This document shows positions 45,137 through 55,510 of a DNA stretch of 64,000 nucleotides, piece by piece. A model generated the notes under the pieces. The model saw nothing but the letters and a program-made list of their open reading frames with translations, searched no databases and was not told where the DNA came from. The first letter of the stretch is position 1. Every line of letters begins with the position of its first letter. Made by a program: the position numbers and the translations under genes. Origin of the DNA: an uncultured Myxococcales bacterium (GTDB taxonomy: Bacteria; Myxococcota_A; UBA9042); assembly GCA_903929795.1 (NCBI GenBank), contig CAIYWC010000189.1:549-64548 (forward strand), read 5' to 3'.

Positions 45137-46109
45137 CGTTCTTTGCAAAAAACTGCCACGAAATGCCGTTGCCCACCACGGTCAGGCGGTGCAAATCGGC
45201 TTCACCGCGATCGCCCAGCGCCAGCCATTGATCCACCGCACGCTGGGACGGCGCCGGCAGTCCGAGCCGTTGGCAAATCCGCTGCAGCAGCGCCGATTTT
45301 GCCGCTGACAGATCCGGCAGCGCGGCCACCGGTACGCGCGCAACGCCGGCAACGCGATCCACCTCAAGCTGATCGCCCAGCGCCCGATCGATCCACGCCG
45401 CCAGCGCGCCATCCTGCGCAGCCGCCAGGGCCGCCGACCGCGCCAGCCCCGCCGCCGCACCCGGGATCGCGCGCTCCAGCGCCGGCAGGACGCGGTGGCG
45501 GACGTGGTTGCGCGTCCACGCGAGATCCTCGTTGGACGGATCCGCCAGCCACGGCACGGCAAAGAATCCAGCGCAAACGCCCAGCTGCGCGCGCGTCACC
45601 GCGAGCACCGGCCGCACGATCGCATCCGCGCGCACCCGCCGCACGCCCGCGCGCGCGTCCGCCCCCGCGCCGCGCGCCAGCCGCAGCAGCACGGTCTCCG
45701 CCTGATCGTCGGCGTGGTGCGCCGTGGCGATGCAATCCGCGCCGAGTTCGAGGCGCATGGCCTGCAGCACGCGATACCGCGCCGTCCGCGCCCGCGCTTC
45801 CAGGTCCGCGCCCGGCCGCAGCGCGAGGTGCCGGACGGCCAGCGGCAAATGGCGCCGCATCGCTTCCGCCGCGACCAGGTCAGCCGTCGCCGCGTGGTTC
45901 GGCTGCAGGCCGTGGTCGACATGCGCGACCGCAAGCGCGTGGCCCAGCGACGGCCGCAGCGCGTCGAGCAGCGCGAGCGCCGCCATCGAGTCGCGCCCAC
46001 CGCTGCAGGCCAGCAGCACGCGCTGGCCGGGCTGCCACAGCGCGTGCCGCCGCACATCCCGGCGAACCTGGTCGAGCACGCGGCGGATTTCGGTCGGAAT
46101 TGCAGTCAT
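45111..46109 (-). CDS. tilS: tRNA(Ile)-lysidine synthase, short form
   Basis: [11 protein letters not shown]-loop, [36 protein letters not shown]. The true start is the ATG at 46109, not 49088. Confidence 0.93.
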   Translation of the reverse strand: MTAIPTEIRRVLDQVRRDVRRHALWQPGQRVLLACSGGRDSMAALALLDALRPSLGHALAVAHVDHGLQPNHAATADLVAAEAMRRHLPLAVRHLALRPGADLEARARTARYRVLQAMRLELGADCIATAHHADDQAETVLLRLARGAGADARAGVRRVRADAIVRPVLAVTRAQLGVCAGFFAVPWLADPSNEDLAWTRNHVRHRVLPALERAIPGAAAGLARSAALAAAQDGALAAWIDRALGDQLEVDRVAGVARVPVAALPDLSAAKSALLQRICQRLGLPAPSQRAVDQWLALGDRGEADLHRLTVVGNGISWQFFAKNVARAAPAD

Positions 46110-46172
46110 GTCGTTGCACGCAGTCAGACGCCAAGCGTACCATGTCTGCCCGGGAAACTCCGAGAGGACAAG

Positions 46173-47840
46173 ATGGCTCACGATCCGCTGCAGACTAGTC
46201 CCGCCGTCGATCCGCGCATTGCGGCGTACCAGGCCACGGTCGCCAAGGCGAGCGCGCGGCCCGGGCCGTTCGTGTCGCTGGACGGCCGCAAGGTCGACAT
46301 CGCCTACTTCCCCGTGCAGCCCGATGAGAGCTACTGGCGGCAAATTGGCGTGCCGGGCCAATTCCCGTTCACCCGCGGCGTGCACCCCAACATGTACCGC
46401 GGCAAAAGCTGGACGATGCGCATGTTCGCCGGTTTCGGCACGCCGGAAGACACCAACGGGCGCTTCAAATTCCTGCTGCAATCGGGCCAGACCGGGCTGT
46501 CCACGGCGTTCGACATGCCCACGCTGATGGGCTACGACCCGGACCACGAGCTGGCGTCGGGCGAGGTGGGACGCGAAGGCACGAGCGTCAGCCACATTCA
46601 GGACATGGAAGCACTTTTTGCTGGCATCGACCAGAGCGCGGTGACGACGTCCATGACCATCAACGCCCCGGCGATCGTGCTGCTGGCGTTGTACGTCGCG
46701 GTGGCGGAGAAGCGCGGCGTGCCGTACGACCAGATCGGCGGGACGCTGCAGAACGATATCCTGAAGGAATTCATCGCGCAAAAGGAGTGGATCTGCCCGC
46801 CGCGGCCGGCGATGCGCATCATCCGCGACATGCTGGCGTTCTGCACGCTCAAGCTGCCGAAATGGAACACGATTTCGATTTCCGGTTACCATATCCGCGA
46901 GGCTGGCGCGACGGCCGTGCAGGAGCTCGCGTTTACGCTGGCGGACGGCGTGGGCTACGTGCAGGCGGGCATCGAAGCCGGGCTGGACGTGGACGCGTTT
47001 GCGCCGCGGCTGAGCTTTTTCTTCGACGTCCACAACGATTTCTTCGAGGAAATCGCCAAGTTGCGCGCGGCGCGGCGGCTGTGGGCGCGCATCATGAAAG
47101 ACCGGTTTGGCGCCAAGAATCCCCGCTCGTGGATGCTGCGGACGCACTGCCAGACCGCGGGCGTGTCGCTGACGGCGCAGCAGCCGATGAACAATGTGGT
47201 GCGCACGACGCTGCAGGCGCTGGCGGCGGTGCTGGGCGGCACGCAGTCGCTGCACACGAACAGCCTGGACGAGACGTATGCGCTGCCGACGGCCGATGCC
47301 GCCAAGCTGGCGCTGCGGACCCAGCAGATCATCGCCGACGAGTCGGGCGTGACCAACGTGGCGGATCCGCTGGGTGGCAGCTGGTACATCGAGAAGCTGA
47401 CGGACGAGATCGAGGCGGAAGCCGCAGCGATTATTCAGAAAATCGACGACATCGGCGGCATTGTCCGCGCGATTGAGGTCGGCTATCCGCAGCGCGAAAT
47501 CGCGGAGAGCGCGTTCAGGTTCCAGCAGCGCGTGGAGTCGGGCGAGCGCAAGATCGTCGGCGTGAACAGCGCGGTGGAGGAGCGCGGCGCGCCCATTCCG
47601 CTGCTGCACATCGACGCCCAGGTGGAAGCCGCGCAGATCGCGCGCTGCCAGGCGGTCAAGGCGAACCGCGATCAGGCGCTCGCGCAGGGCGCGTTGGCGG
47701 GCGTGCGCGCGGCGTGTCAGAGCGACGCGAACCTGGTCGAAGCGATTCTCGCGGCCGTGAAAGTCGAGGTGACGCTGGGCGAAATCTGCGACGTCTTTCG
47801 CGACGAGTTCGGCGTCTACCGCGATCCGGCGTTTCTGTAG
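46173..47840 (+). CDS. Acyl-CoA mutase large (substrate-binding) subunit, isobutyryl-CoA mutase-like
   Basis: [67 protein letters not shown]. No B12-binding DxHxxG domain. Confidence 0.93.
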   Translation: MAHDPLQTSPAVDPRIAAYQATVAKASARPGPFVSLDGRKVDIAYFPVQPDESYWRQIGVPGQFPFTRGVHPNMYRGKSWTMRMFAGFGTPEDTNGRFKFLLQSGQTGLSTAFDMPTLMGYDPDHELASGEVGREGTSVSHIQDMEALFAGIDQSAVTTSMTINAPAIVLLALYVAVAEKRGVPYDQIGGTLQNDILKEFIAQKEWICPPRPAMRIIRDMLAFCTLKLPKWNTISISGYHIREAGATAVQELAFTLADGVGYVQAGIEAGLDVDAFAPRLSFFFDVHNDFFEEIAKLRAARRLWARIMKDRFGAKNPRSWMLRTHCQTAGVSLTAQQPMNNVVRTTLQALAAVLGGTQSLHTNSLDETYALPTADAAKLALRTQQIIADESGVTNVADPLGGSWYIEKLTDEIEAEAAAIIQKIDDIGGIVRAIEVGYPQREIAESAFRFQQRVESGERKIVGVNSAVEERGAPIPLLHIDAQVEAAQIARCQAVKANRDQALAQGALAGVRAACQSDANLVEAILAAVKVEVTLGEICDVFRDEFGVYRDPAFL

Positions 47841-47846
47841 GCCGCG

Positions 47847-48821
47847 ATGCCCGCGCAACTCACTTTTTTTTGCGAGCTTCCGAGCGCCGACCTGACCGAG
47901 CTGTTTGCCGATCTGGATCTGGTCGCGCTGCTGGCCAGCCACCAAGCGCGCGTCGCGATGGCGCTGATCGACCTGACGGCGGAGCGCGCGGCGGTTATCG
48001 AGCGGCTGACGGACGCCGGCGTGCCCGTGACCGCCTGGCTGGTGCTGGACGAGCTGGACGGCTACTGGCTGACGCTGGACAACGTGCAGCTGGCGCGCGA
48101 TCGCTGGCGGCAAATTCGCGCGTGGTCCGAAGGGTTTGGCCTGAAATTCGCGTGCGTCGGCTTGGACATCGAGGCGCCGCACGACGACGCGGTGGCGCTG
48201 GTCGATGCGCCGTTCCTGACGCTGGCGCGGCTGACCTGGCTGCGGCGGACGCGGCGGCAATGGCGCACGGCGCTGGATGACCTGCGGGCGCTGGTCGCCG
48301 AGATCCGCGCCGACGTGCCGGAGATCGAGACCTACCAGTTTCCCGTGATCGTGGACGAGCGCGCGGCGGGCTCGACGCTGCTGCAGCGCATTTTGGGCAT
48401 TGCGGATTTGCGCGCGGATCGCGAGGTGCTGATGCTCTACCGGTCGATGCTGCCGGAACCGTGGGGCGACGTGCTGGTGGACGGCTACGGGCCCGCGGCG
48501 GAGGCCATCGCGATTGGCATCACCGGCGGCGGCGTGGCGGCGCTGGAAGACGCGTTTGCGCCCCGGCAGCTGGACCTCGCGGCGACCCTGCGCGAGCTGG
48601 CGCGGGCGCGCCGGCATACGGGGCACCTGTACGTCTTTTCGCTGGAAGGGTGCGTGGCGCAAGGCTGGCTGGCGCAATTGCTGGCGGCCGATCTGGACAA
48701 ATTGGCGACGACGCAAGGGGTTACGCGTGCGCGGGCGGGGCGCGTCGTGGCGCGCGCGCTGCTGACGACCGATCGGCTGGTCGCAAGGCTGCGGCGCATG
48801 ACGCGCACCCAGTTGCCGTGA
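47847..48821 (+). CDS. Conserved hypothetical protein, possible TIM-barrel
   Basis: Long ORF with coding-like codon bias, directly after the mutase; LTFFCEL, AWL.L....GYW, GLDIE, DREVLMLY, FSLEGC look like conserved blocks. Confidence 0.7.
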   Translation: MPAQLTFFCELPSADLTELFADLDLVALLASHQARVAMALIDLTAERAAVIERLTDAGVPVTAWLVLDELDGYWLTLDNVQLARDRWRQIRAWSEGFGLKFACVGLDIEAPHDDAVALVDAPFLTLARLTWLRRTRRQWRTALDDLRALVAEIRADVPEIETYQFPVIVDERAAGSTLLQRILGIADLRADREVLMLYRSMLPEPWGDVLVDGYGPAAEAIAIGITGGGVAALEDAFAPRQLDLAATLRELARARRHTGHLYVFSLEGCVAQGWLAQLLAADLDKLATTQGVTRARAGRVVARALLTTDRLVARLRRMTRTQLP

Positions 48822-48879
48822 GGGTCGCGATTGACTACCGTTGCGCTGCGGCAAGCAGTTGCCGCGCAGCGAATCGTCC

Positions 48880-49950
48880 GTGGCCAAACAGTTCACCCTC
48901 ACCGCAGGCGCGACAGGCGGGCGCAGTCCATTTGGCCTGGCCGAGTTCGCCGCGTTTTGGTGGCGCGACCCCCGCCGGCGCGGGACTCTCGTGATTCTGC
49001 TGTGTTTGACCTGGCTGTGCTTCTTTGGCGCACAGTGGTTCCGCGTGCAAAAAGAGGTGTCCGGCGGTCGCCGTGCGCTGGGCATCACCGCGGAGGCGAC
49101 CTACCTGCCGCCGGGCCCGGTGCTGCGCATGATCTCGTTGGGTCACCAGTCTTTCCTGGCCGACCTCGTCTACGTGGAAGCTGCGCAGTATTTCGTCCGG
49201 CACCTGATCACGGACAGCCAATTGCCATGGCTGGACAGGTACTTGGAGGCGTTCTGGGCCCTGGACGCGAACTGCCGGTCATCCTACCGTTGGGGCAGTC
49301 AGGTCGTGAAATTCGGCCAGCGCATCGACCGGGACGTGTCCATTCGCGCCAACCGCTTCGCGCGGCTCGGGCTAGAGGCCGCACCAGATGACGCATGGCT
49401 GTACCACGAGATCGCCTTCAACCTGCGCTACGCGATGGACCCGCGCAGCGCGGAGGAGGCGGACCACTTCAAGGAGCTGGCGCTCAAATACTTGGAAATT
49501 GCCTACACGTTCCCGAATTTTGTCTATGATCCCAATTACCTGGCCGCGCAATACGCCCGCGCCGGCTTGGTCGACGAGAGCATCAAGTCGGCGCTGGTGA
49601 ACTATGGCGGCGCCAGCGAAGAGCAGCGGCGCGAGCTGCGCAACATGCTGACCGAGCGCAACCGCGGCGAGGACGCGGCGGAGCTGGCGTGGCTGGACGT
49701 GGTGCACCAGCGCGATTGGCCGTACCTGGCGCCGGCGCTCGCGACGCTGGTTGGCCCCAAGCGCCAGCTGGCGCCGCCGCTGCACGCCGCCGATCCCACC
49801 GGCTGGCTGCGCGAAGTCGAGACGCCCAAGGCCCTGTTGACGCGCATGACCGTCCGGTTCCTGCAGCCGACGCCCGATGAACGGCCGGACTCGGCGGAGT
49901 GGTTGTCGGAATTGCCGCCGCCCGTCACCGCCACCGCGCCTGCGAAGTAG
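48880..49950 (+). CDS. Membrane-anchored TPR-like protein (PilG/XapA-like)
   Basis: Single N-terminal TM; YLPP...LR..SLG....LADL.Y....QYF; G....PDD.WL. Upstream of an ABC ATPase/permease pair. Confidence 0.65.
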   Translation: MAKQFTLTAGATGGRSPFGLAEFAAFWWRDPRRRGTLVILLCLTWLCFFGAQWFRVQKEVSGGRRALGITAEATYLPPGPVLRMISLGHQSFLADLVYVEAAQYFVRHLITDSQLPWLDRYLEAFWALDANCRSSYRWGSQVVKFGQRIDRDVSIRANRFARLGLEAAPDDAWLYHEIAFNLRYAMDPRSAEEADHFKELALKYLEIAYTFPNFVYDPNYLAAQYARAGLVDESIKSALVNYGGASEEQRRELRNMLTERNRGEDAAELAWLDVVHQRDWPYLAPALATLVGPKRQLAPPLHAADPTGWLREVETPKALLTRMTVRFLQPTPDERPDSAEWLSELPPPVTATAPAK

Positions 49951-49959
49951 AGGATTTCC

Positions 49960-50979
49960 ATGAACCTTTCCCTGCAGTCCCTGGCCGGTCAGACCGTCGC
50001 GATTACCGGCGGCGCAGGCTTTATCGGCTCGGCGCTGGCGGAACGATTGGCGACGGATCCGTCGATCCGCATCGTGCTTTTTGACAACCTGCACCACGAC
50101 GCGGTGACGGACACGCCGCTGCTCAAGCTGCCGAATGTCAAGCTGTTTCGCGGCGATGTGCGCGACAAGTTCGCCGTGGCGCAGGCGCTGGCGGGCGCGA
50201 ACCACATCATCCACATGGCGTCGATCGCCGGCGTGGACACGGTGATGAAAGCGCCGGTGCTGACGATGCAGGTCAGCCTGCAGGGCACGATGAACGTGCT
50301 GGAAGTGGCGCAGGCGATGCGCGAGCGCGGCGAGGACGTGCGGCGGGTGGTCGATTTTTCGACCTCGGAGGTCTTTGGCAAGTACGCGTTCAACGTCGCG
50401 GAGACCGACGCCACGAGCTTGGGCGCGGTGGGCGAGGCGCGCTGGACGTACGCTGTGGCCAAGCTCGCGACCGAGCACCTGTGCGCAAACTACCACAAAC
50501 AGTATGGATTACCAACGGTTGCCATCCGGCCGTTCAACATCTACGGCCCGCGGCAGGTCGGCACGGGCGCGATCCACCACTTTGTTCGCCACGCGCTGCG
50601 CAATGAGCCGCTGACCATCCACAACGACGGCTCGCAGATCCGCTCCTGGTGCTACATCGACGACATCATCGACGGCATGCTGCTGGTGCTGACGCGCGAG
50701 GAGGCGGTCGGTCAGTCGTTCAACATCGGCTCGCCGCGGTCCACCGTGACGATCCACCAGCTGGCGCGCGACATCGTGCGGCTGGCCGGCTCGCAGTCGG
50801 CGCTGCAGTGCGTGCCGTGGAATTTCCCCGACGTGGAGTTGCGCGTGCCGGATATCTCCAAGGCGCGCAAGCTGCTGAGCTACGAGCCGCAGATCGACCT
50901 GGAGGAAGGCCTGGCGCGGACGATCGCATGGTACAAGGCCCAGGCAATGGGGACGCCGGTCAATTCGACCCACGGCTGA
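49960..50979 (+). CDS. NAD-dependent nucleotide-sugar epimerase/dehydratase (extended SDR)
   Basis: ITGGAGFIGS, FSTSEVFG, YAVAK (YxxxK), RPFNIYGPRQ, DGSQIRSWCYIDD. Confidence 0.92.
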   Translation: MNLSLQSLAGQTVAITGGAGFIGSALAERLATDPSIRIVLFDNLHHDAVTDTPLLKLPNVKLFRGDVRDKFAVAQALAGANHIIHMASIAGVDTVMKAPVLTMQVSLQGTMNVLEVAQAMRERGEDVRRVVDFSTSEVFGKYAFNVAETDATSLGAVGEARWTYAVAKLATEHLCANYHKQYGLPTVAIRPFNIYGPRQVGTGAIHHFVRHALRNEPLTIHNDGSQIRSWCYIDDIIDGMLLVLTREEAVGQSFNIGSPRSTVTIHQLARDIVRLAGSQSALQCVPWNFPDVELRVPDISKARKLLSYEPQIDLEEGLARTIAWYKAQAMGTPVNSTHG

Positions 50980-51169
50980 CACGGCGCCGCGCAAAGAGCG
51001 CACCGCACTTGGCGGGCGGCTGGGGCTCCAAACGCGCGAATTCGTTGACGCGCGTCGCCAGAGCGCGGGATCGGATTGACCCGGATCGCCGGTGAGATTG
51101 CCGCCCGGTGCCGCATGGTTTAGGGTTGGCGCCGGCGATCGGGCCGGTTGCACGGGAGCGAACAAGCGC

Positions 51170-52162
51170 GTGGCGGAACAGCAAGACGACATCCTGACAC
51201 TGGATCACCTGGGCAAGACGTTTCGCGTCGGCTTTTGGGGCAAAAAGGTCGTCGCGGTGCGCGACGTGTCCCTGACGCTGAAGCGTGGAGAATCGCTGGG
51301 CTATTTGGGACCAAACGGCAGCGGCAAGACCACGTCCATCAAGTGCATCCTCAACCTGATCCAGCCGACGACGGGCAAGATCCACTTGTTCGGCGCCGAT
51401 CCGAGTGACGCCAACGCCCGCGCGCGTGTGGGATACCTGCCGGAGGCGCCCTATTTCTACGACTACCTGAAGCCAACAGAAGTGCTTGATTACGTTGGAA
51501 AACTCTATGGACTCGACGCCGCGACCCGCAAGAAGCGCATCCCGATGCTGCTGGACCGGCTGGGCTTGTCGCAGGCCATGGACCGCGAGCTGCGCGGCTT
51601 CTCCAAGGGCATGCTGCAGCGCGTGGGCATCGCCCAGAGCCTGCTGTCGGACCCGGACCTGCTGATTTACGACGAGCCCCTGAGCGGTCTGGACCCGATT
51701 GGTCGCAAGGAAGTGCGTGAATTAATGGCGGAATTACGCCAGGAAGGCAAATCACTCTTCTTCAGCTCGCACGTGCTGACCGACATCGAGACGCTGTGCG
51801 ACGCGGTGTGCATCCTGGACCGCGGCGAGGTCGTGGCGCAGGGCCGGCTCGCGGACTTGCTGCGGATGGACAAGCTGGAGTCGGAGGCGGTGATCGAGCT
51901 GCCGGTTGACGGCCTGGAGACGGCGCGATCGCAGCTGCTGGCCCTGCCGGGCGTGGAATTGATGGCGCAGCGCGGCGCCATCCTGCGCCTGCGGCTGCCG
52001 ACGGACGTGGTACCAGGGCTGACGGCGGCAGTGGTCGAGGCGCACGCGACGCTGCGTGAACTGTCGCAGCGGCGGGAGTCGCTCGAAGAGCTTTTCGTGC
52101 AAAAAGCCTTGCATGTCTCCACAGATGGCCAGCGTGCAGCGCCGGCGGCGAGGTCGATGTGA
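51170..52162 (+). CDS. ABC transporter ATP-binding protein (PilH-like)
   Basis: KTFRVGFWGKK, GPNGSGKTT, GYLPE.PYFYDYL, FSKGMLQRVGIAQ, DEPLSGLDPIGR, SSH. Confidence 0.92.
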   Translation: MAEQQDDILTLDHLGKTFRVGFWGKKVVAVRDVSLTLKRGESLGYLGPNGSGKTTSIKCILNLIQPTTGKIHLFGADPSDANARARVGYLPEAPYFYDYLKPTEVLDYVGKLYGLDAATRKKRIPMLLDRLGLSQAMDRELRGFSKGMLQRVGIAQSLLSDPDLLIYDEPLSGLDPIGRKEVRELMAELRQEGKSLFFSSHVLTDIETLCDAVCILDRGEVVAQGRLADLLRMDKLESEAVIELPVDGLETARSQLLALPGVELMAQRGAILRLRLPTDVVPGLTAAVVEAHATLRELSQRRESLEELFVQKALHVSTDGQRAAPAARSM

Positions 52163-53004
52163 GCATCCAGACGACCCACGAGAAGCTGACGTTGCGCATC
52201 GACGGGCCGATGGCGGCGCTGGCGCGGATCGCGGCGGTGGCGGGCAACACGCTGCGAGAAGCGGGGCGCAACAAGCTGTTTTTCGGGCTGCTGGGCGTGA
52301 CGATCCTGATGCTTGTGTTCTCAATCCTGCTGTCCGATCTGGCGCTGGCGGACCAAAAAGTGCGGCTCGTGACCGATTTTGGCCTGGCGGTGATCCCGCT
52401 GGTCTGCATCGCGACGGCCGTGCTGCTGGGCGCGGTGCTGCTGTACAAGGAAATCGACCGCAAGACGCTGTACGCGATTTTGCCCAAGCCGATTCGCCGC
52501 GCGGAATTCCTGCTGGGCAAATTCCTCGGGCTGTCACTGCTGCTTTTGGGCCAGCTGACGGCGCTGGCGCTCTGCTGGGCGGGCGTGCTGCACCTGCGCG
52601 GCGGGACGTTTTCGCCCGCGCTTGCCGAGGCGCTGGGGCTCAGCTACGTGGAGATCGTGTTGGTGACGTCTGCGGCGCTGTTTTTCAGCGCGCTGTCGCG
52701 GCCCGTGCTGTCGGGCGTGCTGACGATGGGCGTATTTCTGATTGGACGAATTACCTATGTTATCAGCGACTTGATGCAAAACACCAAGGGCGTGTTCGCC
52801 GAAGTGCCCGCGATGCGCGCGCTGGGACGCGTGCTGGTGGCGATCGTGCCGGACCTCTCGACGTTCAACATCGCAGACGAGCTGCAAGCCGGCGCCGCGA
52901 TCGCGCCCGACTATTTTCTCCACGCCACGCTCTACGGCCTGTGCTGGGTCGGGTTCTTCGTCGCGCTGTCGCTCGTGGTTTTTGAGCGCCGGGACCTGGT
53001 TTAG
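52159..53004 (+). CDS. ABC-2 type permease (PilI-like)
   Basis: A.NT.REA.R.K, D.GL, KEIDRKTLY.IL.KPI.R.EFLLGK..G, F.RRDL; six TMs. Confidence 0.88.
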   Translation: MSIQTTHEKLTLRIDGPMAALARIAAVAGNTLREAGRNKLFFGLLGVTILMLVFSILLSDLALADQKVRLVTDFGLAVIPLVCIATAVLLGAVLLYKEIDRKTLYAILPKPIRRAEFLLGKFLGLSLLLLGQLTALALCWAGVLHLRGGTFSPALAEALGLSYVEIVLVTSAALFFSALSRPVLSGVLTMGVFLIGRITYVISDLMQNTKGVFAEVPAMRALGRVLVAIVPDLSTFNIADELQAGAAIAPDYFLHATLYGLCWVGFFVALSLVVFERRDLV

Positions 53005-53652
53005 ATGAAATTTCAAGCGCTTTGGCAACGCTTGCGCCTGCCGCTGCTGGCGGCGCTGCTGGTCCTGGGCGCGCTGGCGGCACGCGCGACGTGGGAGCAG
53101 GTCCAGGCGTATCACCGCGCAGAGGCACTGGAGAAATCCGCCCAGCTCGATCTTGCCGTGGACGAATACCGCTGGACACTGCGCTGGTACACGCCATGGG
53201 GTCCGAAGTGGACCGATGCCGCACAAGCCCTTGTGCGCATTGCTAAAACCGCTGAGCAGCCCGAGCCGCTGCGGGCGATGCGGGCACTCGACGCGCTGCG
53301 GTCGGGGCTGATTGCCGGGCGGCACGTGTGGCAGCCGCGCGCGGATCTGGTGGCGTACGTGAACCAGACGATTCCGGCGGTGATGGTACGCGTGGCGCAG
53401 GCGTCCGGCGACAAGCGCGAGCCGGCGCAGCTCCTGGCGCAATTCACCCGCGACTATGCGCGGCCCATCGGCGTGTCGCCGCTGACGTCGGCCGCGGTGT
53501 CGCTGGGTTTTCTGGCCTGGCTCATCGGCCTGCTGATGATCGCGCGCCGGGGACTGGACGCCGAGGCCCGCATCACGCGCCTGGGCTGGCGCTGGCTGGC
53601 CGTCGCCGTCAGCGGTTTTGTCCTCTGGACGCTGGGCATGTGGCTGGGTTGA
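53005..53652 (+). CDS. Hypothetical membrane protein
   Basis: Abuts the permease stop; N-terminal TM, a TPR-like helix pair with RWYTP, two C-terminal TMs. Confidence 0.72.
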   Translation: MKFQALWQRLRLPLLAALLVLGALAARATWEQVQAYHRAEALEKSAQLDLAVDEYRWTLRWYTPWGPKWTDAAQALVRIAKTAEQPEPLRAMRALDALRSGLIAGRHVWQPRADLVAYVNQTIPAVMVRVAQASGDKREPAQLLAQFTRDYARPIGVSPLTSAAVSLGFLAWLIGLLMIARRGLDAEARITRLGWRWLAVAVSGFVLWTLGMWLG

Positions 53653-53654
53653 GG

Positions 53655-55499
53655 ATGGCGCCGCCGCCCCCGCCCGCTCGGCTGCCGCGGTCCCTGCCGG
53701 AGGCCCGGCTGCTGGCCAGCGAGTTCTGGCAGGCTTTCACCCATGCGCCGCGCGCACTGCGGCTGGCGTGGCAGACGTCCCCGCGGCTGCTGCTGGGCCT
53801 GCTGGTCTGGACGCTGCTGATGGGCGCGCTGCCGTCGGCAATCGCCTGGGTGGGTCACGGTCTTGTGGATTCGGTCGTCGCAGCGCAGCGCGGCGGCGAT
53901 CGCACGGCAGCAATCCGCTGGGTCGGTCTGGAACTCGCGCTGGTGCTGACGCTGCTGGTGGCGCAGCGCTGGCAGCTGCTGTGCCAGTCGCTGCTGCGGG
54001 CGCAGCTCGGTCACACGGTGCACGTGCACATCTTTGAGAAAGCGCTGACGCTGTCGCTGCCGCAGTTCGAGGACAGCCAGACCTACGACCTGCTGACCCG
54101 CGCCCGGCGCGAGGCGTCGACCCGGCCGCTGGGGTTGATCACCAAGCTGCTGAACGTGCTGCAAAATGCCGTATCGCTGCTGGGTTTTTCAGCGCTGCTG
54201 ATGACGCTCTCGCCGTGGGCGGTGCTGGCGCTGGCGCTGGCCGGGCTGCCGGCGTTCCTGGCGGAGGCGCGCTTTTCCGGCGAGGCGTTCCGGCTGTTTC
54301 GCTACCGGGCGCCGGAGACGCGGATGCAGATGTACCTGGAAACGCTGATGGCGCGCGAGGATTCTGCCAAGGAAGTCAAGGTTTTCCAGTTCGGCCCGCG
54401 GCTGCTGCAGCGCTACCGCGACATCTACCTGCAGGTCTACGAGGAGGACCGCGCGCTGACCTGGCGGCGGCATCGCTGGGGCCTCGCGCTGGCGATCCTG
54501 GCGACGCTGGTGCTGTACGGCGCGTTCGCCTGGCTGGCGCTGCAGACGTCGGCCGGCAAGCTGACACTCGGCGCGATGACCGCGGGGCTGCTGGCGTTCA
54601 AGCAGGGCCAGCAGGCGTTTGGCGCGCTCCTGCAGGCGATCGGCGGGCTGTACGAAGACAATCTGTACATTTCGACGCTGTTTGAGCTCCTGGATCTGCC
54701 GGCTGACCCGGAGCCGGGCGACGCGTCGACCGGGCCGGACCCTCAAGATGGCCTGCGATTCGAGGAGGTTGCGTTCACGTACCCGGGCGCGGACGCGCCG
54801 GCGCTCGCGGGCATCAGTCTGCACCTCAAGCCCGGGCAGACGCTGGCGCTCGTAGGCGCGAACGGCTCGGGCAAAACGACGCTGATCAAGCTGCTGGCGC
54901 GCCTGTACCAGCCGACCGCGGGGCGCATCCTGCTGGACGGCCGGGACCTGCAGCAGTGGCAGCCCGCGGCGCTGCGCCTGCGCATTGGCGTGATCTTCCA
55001 GGATTTTTTGCGCTACCAGTTCCTGGCGGGCGAAAACGTCGGCGTGGGCGATGACCGGCACTACGACGACGAGGTGCGCTGGCAGCAGGCCGCGGACCGC
55101 GCGGCGGCGCACGAGACGCTGGCTGGGCTGCCGCAGGGCTACCGGACGCAGCTGGGCAAGTGGTTTGACGGCGGCCGGGAGCTGTCCGGCGGGCAGTGGC
55201 AGCGGGTCGCGCTGGCGCGGGCGCTGATGCGCACGGACGCGCAAATCCTGGTGCTGGACGAGCCGACGTCGGCGATGGACGCGGCCGCCGAGGTGGAGAT
55301 CTTCGACCGCCTGCAGGATCAAGCGGCCGGTCGGATGAGCATCTTGATTTCACACCGTTTTTCCACGGTGCGCCGCGCGGATTACATCGCCGTGCTGGAC
55401 GGCGGGCGCGTGGTCGAGCGCGGCAGCCATGTGGAACTGCTGGCCGCGGACGGGACGTATGCGCGGCTCTTTGAGCAACAAGCGCAGGGCTACCGCTGA
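53655..55499 (+). CDS. Fused permease/ATPase ABC exporter (type IV)
   Basis: Six-TM N-terminal domain, GANGSGKTT, IFQDF, LSGGQWQRVALAR, LDEPT, ISHRFSTVR. Confidence 0.92.
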   Translation: MAPPPPPARLPRSLPEARLLASEFWQAFTHAPRALRLAWQTSPRLLLGLLVWTLLMGALPSAIAWVGHGLVDSVVAAQRGGDRTAAIRWVGLELALVLTLLVAQRWQLLCQSLLRAQLGHTVHVHIFEKALTLSLPQFEDSQTYDLLTRARREASTRPLGLITKLLNVLQNAVSLLGFSALLMTLSPWAVLALALAGLPAFLAEARFSGEAFRLFRYRAPETRMQMYLETLMAREDSAKEVKVFQFGPRLLQRYRDIYLQVYEEDRALTWRRHRWGLALAILATLVLYGAFAWLALQTSAGKLTLGAMTAGLLAFKQGQQAFGALLQAIGGLYEDNLYISTLFELLDLPADPEPGDASTGPDPQDGLRFEEVAFTYPGADAPALAGISLHLKPGQTLALVGANGSGKTTLIKLLARLYQPTAGRILLDGRDLQQWQPAALRLRIGVIFQDFLRYQFLAGENVGVGDDRHYDDEVRWQQAADRAAAHETLAGLPQGYRTQLGKWFDGGRELSGGQWQRVALARALMRTDAQILVLDEPTSAMDAAAEVEIFDRLQDQAAGRMSILISHRFSTVRRADYIAVLDGGRVVERGSHVELLAADGTYARLFEQQAQGYR

Positions 55500-55510
55500 G
55501 TGCTGCCCGC

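Noticed and set aside
42500-46198. 1232-aa plus-strand ORF
   Set aside because: It is the antisense shadow of folP, ftsH and tilS, with Arg/Ala/Pro-rich composition typical of high-GC non-coding frames.
46110-49088. Apparent 1325-aa TilS fusion in the ORF track
   Set aside because: The N-terminal ~990 aa are antisense to the mutase and the hypothetical gene. TilS similarity begins only at ATG 46109.
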